Assembly (NCBI RefSeq): GCF_000315625.1
Contig: NW_005434653.1
Coordinates: 267,743 to 300,464, forward strand
From: Guillardia theta CCMP2712
Lineage: Eukaryota; Protista; Cryptophyta
DNA: 32,722 nt
Direction of reading: 5' to 3'
Position numbers and translations under genes: made by a program. How positions within the stretch are numbered: the stretch's first letter is position 1; every line of letters starts with the position of its first letter. Shown here piece after piece: positions 1 through 9,446 of this stretch. Below the pieces are notes generated by a model. It had not been told where the DNA came from. It worked only from the letters and a program-made list of their open reading frames with translations, and did not search any database.

Positions 1-22
1 GAAGAAGACAGGAAAACACAAT

Positions 23-69
<47 letters not shown>

Positions 70-2601
70 AGAGGAGGAATGGCGGCAACGACAGGAGCAG
101 CAGGAGTTTTCAAGGGTGGCGAGTGATTCGGCCTACTCCACCCCTCTCAGCCCCTCACTCTCCACCCTCCGCCCGAACTTCTCCCGCAAGAGTTTCTCTG
201 ATGCCGTCGAGGACTCCCACCACTACCTCGAGCAAGGAAGGAGCACTTGTGCGCTCTCCTGCCTCTGACGCTCGTGCGAGCAGGGAAGTACGAGTTCATC
301 CAGCAGTGGAGCAGGAGCAGCGAGGAAATGAGCGCGCTGGACCTGATGGAGAGGGTACCTTCATTCCCGTCGGAGGCTGGGACGTTGGATGTCATCCAGC
401 AGCAGGAGGAGGAGGAGGAGGAGGTGATGGAGGAGGAGCAGGAGAGGGGGCGGGGAGGGAAAGAGGGAGAGAGAGGAGGTTGAAGTAGAGGGACAGGGGA
501 GGGGAGAGGGAAAAGGAGGGGAGTGGGGGAGGAGAGAGGAGGAGAGGGCTAGCGATGCGCATTTTTCGGTATGCTGAAGATCGCGGCAGAGCGTCAAATC
601 TTCTCCCAGCTGGGCAAGAGCAGAGGAGAGAGCGGAAGAGATCGGCGGGTGGCAAATCTATGGGACTGAGCAGGCAGCAAGGGAGGAGGAGGAGGAGGAC
701 GAGAGGGGAGGAAAGCTGCAGATTGATCGACCAGGACTTGAAGGAGGAGGACGAGGAACCCCGAGGAGGAGGAGAAGTTCAGTGAGAAGTTCAGCTGTTG
801 AGCTCGGGGATGCAGAAATTGTCAAGGTTGCCGTTGATTTGGTATCCTCCTCCTCCTCCTCCTCCTCCTCCTCCTTGTGCTCGTACTCTTTGTCTTTCTC
901 CTCCTCCACCACCTCCTTCTCGTCCTCCTCGTTGTCGTCTTTCTCCTCCTCCTCCTCCTCTACCGCCACCACTTCCATCAACATCCTCTTCCTCCCTCCC
1001 ATCCCCCTCCCACTCTCCCTCTTCCTTACCCTCGCTCCTCTCCCTCACTCGCTTCTTCAGGCTCGCGAGCAGGCACTCCAACATGCCTCCACCATCATCG
1101 AGGAAGCGCAAACATGGTCTCCTTCCTTGTCCTCTTCTTCCTCCTCTCCTCCCTCCTCTCTCCTGCCTGCTCTCCTCCTCTCCCTCCTCCCTTTCTCCTC
1201 TCCTTGCTCCCCTCTCCTTGCTCCCTCCTCCTCTCTCCCCTGATCCCGATCAGACCATCGTCGCCTCTTTCTTCTCTTTTCCCTCCTCTTCTATCGCCCT
1301 CGTTCTTCACCTCGTTGCTCTCCTCCCTCTCCTCTCTCTTATACCTTCCCTTTTCCCCTTCCTCCATGCATCTCTCCCTCCCTTCCTCCTCCTCCTTCTC
1401 CTCTCCTCACCTCTGCTCTGACTCTGCTGGAGTTCAGGCCGAGCTCTCCTCCAAGGGACTTCAACCCGGACGGTCGCAGGCGCCGAGGACGATTTTGCAT
1501 GCCTCGTTTCCTTCCTCCAATCTTATCGTGGACGAGGCTCGACGGCGATCGGAGAGCATGGTCCTGCCAAGACAGGAACGGGAGGAAGAGAGTGGAGAGG
1601 AGCTGCTGGAGAGAGAGCGGAGGAGGGAGGAGGAGGAGGAGGTGTTGAAGAAAGATCTCAGAGAGGTGGTTGAGGATGCGAAGGGGTATGGGCTTGATGA
1701 CGGCGACTTCGTTCAAGCTGCCGTCGACATGGTGATACTCATCATCTCGCCTCCTTCATCTTCCTCCTCTTCCTCCTACTCCTCCTACTCCTCCTCCTCC
1801 TCCTCCTCCTCTCCCTCTTCTCTTCCTCCTCCTCCTCCTCTCCCTCTTCCTCTTCTCCTCCTACTCCTCCTCTTCTCCACCTTTCGTCATCCTCTTCTTC
1901 TGCTCTCCTCCTCCTCCTCTTCTCCACAACCTATTCCTCCCTTGTCCCCATCCTTGTTCCCTCACTCCTTCCTCTCCCTCACTGTCTCCTACAGGCTCGC
2001 GAGCAGGCACTCCAACATGCCTCCACCATCATCGAGGAAGCGCAAAACATGGTCTCCTTCCTCCCTTGTCCCCTCCTCCCTCCTCGCTCCTCTCTCCTCC
2101 CTGCTCTCCTCCTCTCCCTCCTCCCTTTCTCCTCTCCTTGCTCTCCGCTCCCTCCTCCCTTCCTCCTCTTTCCCTTCCCGCGCTCTCTGTCTCCCTCCTA
2201 CCTCTCTTCCTCCTCTTCTCTCCACTGTGACTCTGCTGGAGTTCAGGCCGAGCTCTCCTCCAAAGGCCTGCAGCACCGGCGGTCGGAGACGCCAAGGACG
2301 ATCCTACAAGCATCGTTTCCTTCCCCCAACCACATCGTGAACGAGGCTCGACGGCGGTCGGAAGGAGGAGGAGCAGCAGCAGCAGGGGAGCAGCAGCAGA
2401 TTCCCTTGCCGTCAGCAAGGTCAAGAAGACGGAGCTCGATCCTTATGCAGATGGAGAAACAATACACCTACCTTGTGGTGCGTTGACCATCCTCCCCTCT
2501 CTTCTACTCCCATCGCCTCTCCTCCCTCATCCTCTGTTTCCCTCCTTCCCTGCGATCCCCTTCCTAGCGATTTCTCACATTTTCTCCAGGATGATCCCTG
2601 A
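1..2601 (+). CDS. Spliced hypothetical protein, 5'-partial, acidic/low-complexity, with internally duplicated exons
   Basis: Exon chain ~1-236, 284-423 (GKYEFIQQWSRSSEEMSALDLMER...), 590-841, 1061-1116, 1438-1731, 1995-2051, 2247-~2478, 2590-2601 (DDP*). Acceptors are YAG, several with CTGAC-like branch points. No recognisable domain. The 3' end is uncertain, and exon 1061-1116 is 1 nt short of keeping frame. Confidence 0.55.
1061..2363 (+). repeat. Intragenic tandem duplication of exon-intron units
   Basis: 1061-1116 and 1995-2051 are identical except for one A. 1438-~1555 (AELSSKGLQPGRSQAPRTILHASFPSSNLIVDEARRRSE) matches 2247-~2363 (AELSSKGLQHRRSETPRTILQASFPSPNHIVNEARRRSE), including the acceptor region tgactctgctggagttcag. 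Confidence 0.9.
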
Positions 2602-2838
2602 CAAGAAATCCTCTTATGCTCCCTCGGACTGCCTGCACCCCCCGCTCGCTTCTTCCACCGGCAACTTTGACCTCTTTTTTCTTCCTCGTCTCCCTCCCTC
2701 CTCATATTCTCGTTAGCCCCATGTCTTATGAATTCTGCTTTAATGTTCATAGCTTACAGCTCATCATTCCTCCTCGCTCTCCTTCTCCTCCTCCCTCTCT
2801 CCCTCTCTCCCTGGCTACTTGACGTGACTTGGGATCAG

Positions 2839-4825
2839 TCACTCCCCGAGCACGAGGCCAACGACAATCACTGAAAACAGCGTAAGAACACAAGCGAGGA
2901 TGACAAGAAAAGCAGGAGAACAAGAACGAGTAGGAGCGGCAAGATACAAGTGAAAGAGCAGTGGAGGTTTTATGGAGGGCACACAAATGCTTTCTTACCG
3001 AAGTTGTCTGACATGTTGCTGGGATCTGCTGAGACGATCAGCAGGGAGAAGATGAGGGAGAAGAAAGAGAGAGAGAGGATGAGAACTTGGTGAGCAGGGA
3101 GAGGAGGGGGCAGCAGAAGGACAAGGGAAGGAGAGGGAGACGAAGGAGGGAGGGAGGCAGGGAGGAAGGGATGGAGGAAGGGAGTGGAGGGAAGGAGGGA
3201 GTGGAGAGGCAAAGAAGGGAGAGGAGAGGAGAGGATAGGAGAGGAGAGGAGCAGGGGTTCAATTTCTCACCATCAGCGTTGGGGATATACAACCCGCCGA
3301 CATCAAACTGAGAGCAGAGCGAGTCAGTTCGGAAGAAGGAGGGGGAGGAGAGTTGGTTGGAGTCCTAGAGCGAGGAAGGAGGAACAGAAGAGAAGGGCAG
3401 ACAGGAAGGAAGGAGGGAGGAGGGAGGAGGGAGGAGGGAGGAGGGAGGGGGAGGAAGGAGAAAGGAGGGGGGGGGGGAAAGGGAGGGAGGGACGAGGGGG
3501 AGAGGAGGGAGGAGGGAGAGGACAGGGAGGGAGGAGGGGGCTGATACCTGCACAGGGAGCAAAACGCCGTGTGGGAAGAGATCCAGTAGGTTGCCAAGGT
3601 CAGGAAGGGGGTGAAGCATGATCTGACATGATACTCAGTGGCTGCTCCTCCCCTTCTCCTCCCTTTCTCCTCCTCTTCTTGTTCTTTCTCAGCTCCTACT
3701 CCCACTCCTTCCATTTCTCCCTCCATTGCTGGTTCTCCATCCGAGCTCGAATCCTCCACTTCCATCTTCAAACTTTCCGTCCTCCTCCTCCCCTTCTCCT
3801 CCCCTCCTCCCCGTTCCTCTCTCCTCGTCTCTTCTCTTCTCGTTTCTCTCCTCCCTCCTCTCTCGTCTCTCCTCTCCCTCTTCATCAGCATGAGGACCTC
3901 AGGAACGCCGACATGCAGCTTGATCAGGAGGTCTGGCCTCCCCTCCCCGCCCTCGAACGCCTCGCGGCATGCAGCCACTGCATCCATGATGGCGATACGG
4001 ATGGCCTGGGAGGGGAAGGGGGAGACAAGTCAGATCCCTGTGCGTGCTCGGGGAAAGGAGAGGAGGAAGAGGTGGAAGAAGAATTCAAGAGTGTTGGAGG
4101 ACGTGGGGAAGGATGGAGGTAAGGGGAGAGAAAAGAGGGTAGAAGGGAGGGAGTATAGAGGAGGGAGGAGGGAGTATAGAGGAGGGAGTATAGAGGAGGG
4201 AGGAGGGAGGAGGGAGGAGGGAGGAGGGAGGAGGGAGGAGGGAGGGAGGTAGTAGGAGGAGGGAGGAAGGAGGGAGGAGAGAGGAGGGAGAAGGGAGGAG
4301 GGAGGAGGGAGGAGGGGGGGAGAGTGGGCAGAAGCAACCTCAGAAGCGTGTTGCATTCCTTGGATTTGGGCGAACGATGCATGCATGACCTAAAGACCGT
4401 CAAACAAATTTCCTTCCACCCTCTTCTCCATCCATCCTTCTTCATCCTCATCCTGCTAATCGTTCCCTCCTCCTCCTCCTCCTCCTTATCTAACTCTTCC
4501 TCACCTTGGAGTGCTGAATATCATGAGGGTCCATGCTAGTCGCATGTCGAGCCCGCGGCATCATGCTCTGTCCTGTCGCTTTACTCGGTGAGCGGACGAA
4601 AGTCTCCTGCTGCTGCCCCGGCTGCTCTCGCTCTCCTCCTTTCTGCTCCTGCTCCTCCCAGTGATGGGTCCTGTGCTTGACAGGCTCGGCCTGGGAAACG
4701 TAGGAAGTGTCGCACTGTAAGCTGAAGGACTCGGGGATGTGCGAGTCGTTGAGAGGGCCGAACTGAGGAGTAGAGTGGGAGGGATACGAACTGAGAAGAG
4801 AGTAAGAGGAGAAAGCGACACGATC

Positions 4826-4863
<38 letters not shown>

Positions 4864-5885
4864 AAGGACGAGGACAAGGACGAGGACGCAGACGAGGACA
4901 AGGACGAGGAAGAGGAAGCGATAGGGATGCTGGCAAGGAGAGCTTTGCAGGAGGAATAAGAACCTTCGGGGCTGATTCGGATGATTTGCCGCCTGCTCTG
5001 GATTGGCCTGACACAAGGTCAAGCGGCCAAGAGGCTTCTGAGGCGACTGAAGAAGAGGACAGAGGAGGTCGAGGAGACAATGAGGAGAGAGAGACGAGAA
5101 GATCGAATGAAGAAATAAGGTTGAAGTGAAGAGGAGGAGGAGGAGGAAAATAAGAGCGAATGTCAGTCATCCTGCATTTCCTGTTCTTCATGACTCTCAC
5201 CAGCTCTCTTTGATTGAGGGATTTCTTTGGCTCCTCGTTCTCTTCCCTCCTCTTGTTCTGCTGTCAAGTCACAGGAGGAATCGCATGCAAGAAAGCTCGC
5301 TCACATCGCTTGCAGCATGAGCTCCGACTTGCCTCCCGTGCGAGCGGATCTGAATGAGAAAGTTTTCAGGCTAGCCATAGCAAACAAGGAGAGAGGAAGG
5401 GCAAAGGGCATAAGAGGGAGAGGGGCAGGGAGGGAGATGGGAAGAGGGAGGGGGAGCGAGAGTTGAAGGGGAAGAGAGGGAGGGCAGGAGAGAAGGGGGG
5501 AGGAGGGGAGAGGGAGGGAGGGAAGTAGGGCGGGAGCAGAGTGAGTGAACGAGGTGGAGGGGAAGGGGGAAAGAGAAAGCTGATTGGTCGGGGGTAGAAG
5601 GGGGAAGGGAAGCGACAGCCTCTGTGGCACCTTGACGATCTCCAGGAGCTCAACGTCTGTCAGTGCTGGCATCTGCATCATCGGCAACCCAAACGATGTC
5701 TGTGCATGCTGCAGTCAAAACTCTTTCCACCCTCCTGACTCGCTGCACCCCCTTCACTCAATCCACTTCTGTGCGTCTGCTCTGCCCTTCTTCTCCTCTA
5801 TTACTCCCTCCCCTCTTCCTCCCTGAACCCTTGGTCCATCCCTCTCCCTTTCCTCTCCTCCTCGTCCTTCTCCTACTCCTCCTCC

Positions 5886-5937
<52 letters not shown>

Positions 5938-6094
5938 ACTACTACTCCTACTCCTACTCCCACTCCTCTTCTTACTCCTACTCCTCTCTAACGACAGAAC
6001 TTACCAGATGCTGGTGCTGGACGAAGAAACCTCCAGGTCGATGGCTGGCAAGGAGGAGGCGAGGGATGTGTATGATAACTTCCACTCCAGGCCT
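2839..6094 (-). CDS. Multi-exon protein with a C-terminal Lin0512-family-like domain; 5' end lies in or near the assembly gap
   Basis: Spliced C-terminus reads VMHASFAQIQGMQHASE|AIRIAIMDAVAACREAFEGGEGRPDLLIKLHVGVPE|IMLHPLPDLGNLLDLFPHGVLLPVQ|FDVGGLYIPNAD|DPSNMSDNF|VIVVGLVLGE*. This matches the Lin0512 pattern (A..A..DA ... vGVP ... D...l...fP.G ... GGL ... terminal beta strand), recalled from memory. GT-AG junctions are phase-compatible and the stop is at 2839-2841. Upstream exons lie at ~4505-4790, 4950-5040, 5200-5350, 5631-5700 and 6005-6050. Confidence 0.65.
4826..4915. repeat. (GACGAG)n hexamer microsatellite in an intron
   Basis: Tandem gacgag/gacaag units are directly visible. Confidence 0.9.
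5880..5960. repeat. (CTG)n/(CTA)n/(CTCCTA)n microsatellite in an intron
   Basis: Directly visible. Confidence 0.9.
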
Positions 6095-6194
6095 NNNNNN
6101 NNNNNNNNNNNNNNNNNNNNNNNNNNNNNNNNNNNNNNNNNNNNNNNNNNNNNNNNNNNNNNNNNNNNNNNNNNNNNNNNNNNNNNNNNNNNNN
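6095..6194. other. Assembly gap (100 N)
   Basis: Run of N. Confidence 1.
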
Positions 6195-6292
6195 CCTCTC
6201 CCCCCTCCTCTCGCTCGACTTTCAGTCATCATCCTCTATCCTGCCCTAGTGATGCTTTGTTGCTTCACTTGCTCTACGCAACGTCCTCACGC

Positions 6293-7649
6293 TCAGATGA
6301 TCGTGACCTACACTTCATCTATCCCTCACCGCCTCCTCCTACTACTACTCCTACTCCATCTCTCCATCCTCCTCCTCCTCCTCACTTTGTAAGGGATCGC
6401 GTGCATCAACGCTCCCGGCTTAGCTCCGTCTGGAATTCTGCTCCATCCTCGTCAACAGCAGGCAAGAATTCTCAATCTGCTCTCACCTGACTTTGACCTG
6501 GGCAGGAGGCAGGTGCTCCTCAGCGTATCCCCGCTGCTTCCAGGCCTCGAGCTGGGTATCCGTGAAACCTGCGAGCAACTGAGCCTCCCGTGTCCTCCTC
6601 GTGCGAGGACGCGCTTGACCTGGGAGCGCTGGGAACCTCCCAACCATCTCCGGCATCATGTGCAGGAGCATGTTGATGTTGACCTTGCTCTCAGTCTTGT
6701 GGTGCAGGAGGCTGGGGAAGTGAACTTCTGCGACGTTGATCGACGTCTTCCCCTCTTCGTGCTTCCAGATCACAGGCTGACCCACAGCATCGTGACATTT
6801 CTGCAGCGCTCGTCAGCACGGGCCTTCTCCCAGCTCTCTTCTTCGCTCCATCCTCCCTCCCTCACTACCCATTCTGCTCCTCCTCCTCCTTCACCCTTCC
6901 CGATTCCCTTTTTCCAAAACCTCCCCACCATCTTCCGCTCTCCTTCCTGCATACCAGAATGATCCCCTCTCGTGCGCCTTCCGGCAGGACGGGGTTGACG
7001 ATGACGTTGGGTGTACATGCGCCGCTTTGAGATTTCTCGGTTCTGCTGCTGCTGTGCATAGAAGGCACATGCAGGTTGTTGCCTGTGCGATATGTTATCA
7101 TCTCTTTCTTACCTCTTCCTCGTCATGCTCCTCTTCCTCCTCCGATTCCTCTTCCTCTTCCCTTGCCCTCCTACCACTCCTTGTTGCTCTCCCCCCTGCC
7201 TGCCCCATACCCATTCCTTAATGCCTTCTCCCTTCTCTTCTCTCCCTCCCCTTCTTTTCTCCTCCCCCGCTATCCTCTCCTCTCTCCTCATCATCGTCTT
7301 CCATCTTCACCTCCTGTGAGGTTTGGAGTAGCATAAGGAGTATTGTTGGTGGAAGACACGTTGCTTCCTCCTCTTGATGATCCATGGAGCGCCTCCTCAA
7401 TGATTGCCTACGATTGTCATCATCAACATCATCATCTCCATCACCGCCAGCGCTGCTATCATCTCCATCTCCATCTCTAGCATCATCATCACCATCATCA
7501 TCTCATCATCTCCATCATCATTTTCTTCTTCTTCTTCTTCTTCATCTTCATCATCATCATCATCAATCGCCATCATCACCATCATCATCATCATCACCAT
7601 CATCATCACCATCATCATCATCATCATCAATCGCCATCATCATCATCAT

Positions 7650-7705
<56 letters not shown>

Positions 7706-7746
7706 CCACCACCACCACCACCACCACCATCATTTCCATCATCATT

Positions 7747-7785
<39 letters not shown>

Positions 7786-9057
7786 TCCATCATCTCCATC
7801 ATCATCGTCTTCATCGTCGTCGTCGTCGTCGTCGTCGTCATCATCATCATCATGAAAATGACCCCCACCATCTTCTTCTGTAAGTCATCACCTTTGGAAT
7901 CTCGAGCTTGATCTTCGTCCCTGGCCAGGCATTGGGAATCTTGAAGGTCATCGGACGAAGATTCACTGCAGGCATGTAAACGAAGGCTTAAGGGGGAGCA
8001 AGGAGCAGGGAGCAGGGAGCAGGGAGCAGGGAGCAGGGAGCAGGGAGCAGGGAGCAGGGAGCAGGGAGCAGGGAGCAGGGAGCAGGGAGCAGGGAGCAAC
8101 AAGAAGAGCAGAGGAAGTGAATGGTGAGGAGAAGGAGGATTGCCTGCAAAGCTGGAAGGATACCACGCTAGCTCGCCATCATCACGAGCGAGAAGAATCC
8201 AACCTCTGCAGAACCATGTCAAGGCTGAGGAAACGAAACCAGAAGGAGAAAATTCCTGCTGCCGGGTTTGACGAGCTTACAAACTTCGCCAGCAGCGATG
8301 ATACCTCCAGTTTCCTTGCTTCCGAACTGAAGAAAGGAGAGGGATCAAATTGGTTTGACAGGTCGGTTGTTCGACCCTTTACCTGCGTACGAGCCAGCAC
8401 AAGAGGAGGGAATTTTGCCATCTCTCCCGGAACGTGATCTGTTGACGTCATCAACAACGACAAGCTGAGGAAACAAGTCAAGACAGACAAACCCTCAGTC
8501 ATAGTGACGGTGATGATGAACTTCTTCTCATCCTGATTGTAGGCCGCTCAGCAAATTCGAAGGTAAGGAAAGACGAGCGAGGAAAGCGGTGGAGGACGGC
8601 AGAGGAGAGGATGGGAGGCAAACAGGCGGGGAGGAGGCACAAGAGGCACTGAGCCGCTTACTAACCATCTCATGGTGAATGGCCTCCTGGAGCAAAAGCA
8701 TCGACTTCTCAGAGCCTTGCGTGGAGAATCGAGCGAGGTCGAACTTGTTGTCATGCGAAAGCATCTCCGCGTTGCCGAAGTCAAAGCTCTTGACGTTCGA
8801 CGTCTTCGGGATGAGTTCAAAGTCATGTGACCTCGCTGGAGACGAGCCGTAGCTCCTGAACCTCCCTTGCTGCCAGCTCTGATCCAGCAGCCCTGGACTT
8901 CCATTCTGTGTTGATCCAGAAATGACCTGCTGTTGCTGGTTTGTGCTCGGATGAGACATAGGTAGATTCGGCGGATGCATCACGCTTGGATGAGGTACAT
9001 GCTGCGGCTGCAGCTGCGGCTGCGGTTGATGTTGAAACTGCTGCTGCTGATGTTGAA

Positions 9058-9097
<40 letters not shown>

Positions 9098-9406
9098 CTG
9101 CAGCTGCTGCTGCGGCGGCGGTGGCGGCGGCACCGGCTCTTGGTGTGGAAGCTGCGGCTGCGGCTGCGGCTGGTGCTGTGGATGTTGAAGATGCGGGTGC
9201 TGCTGCATCATGCTCGATTGAGGTACGTGTGGCAGATGCTGCGGCGGTGGCGATTGCTGCTGCTGTTGGTGTACGCTCGGATGGGGCAAATGTGAAGGGA
9301 TAGGAGGCGGCAGTGGCAGCTGCTGCATCATGCTTGGATGAGATGCATGCTGCTGCTGCAGTTGCTGCTGCATACCCAGATGAGGCATCTGCGAAGGCGG
9401 CGGCGA

Positions 9407-9446
<40 letters not shown>

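Noticed and set aside
2970-2996. Lin0512-like gene ending at KKAFVCPP*
   Set aside because: A strong g|gtaag donor leads to a final exon VIVVGLVLGE* that supplies the expected terminal beta strand.
780-4450. Long poly-S/P/L/E/G/R ORFs in the six-frame track (e.g. 877-2340)
   Set aside because: Artefacts of stop-free purine/pyrimidine intron tracts. The real exons are short islands within them.
7384-7911. PolyHis/polyIle/polyMet ORFs
   Set aside because: Translations of an intronic (CAT)n microsatellite.
7995-8098. Heptamer array as CRISPR or telomere
   Set aside because: No spacers and not a TTAGGG-type unit. It is a simple intronic tandem repeat.
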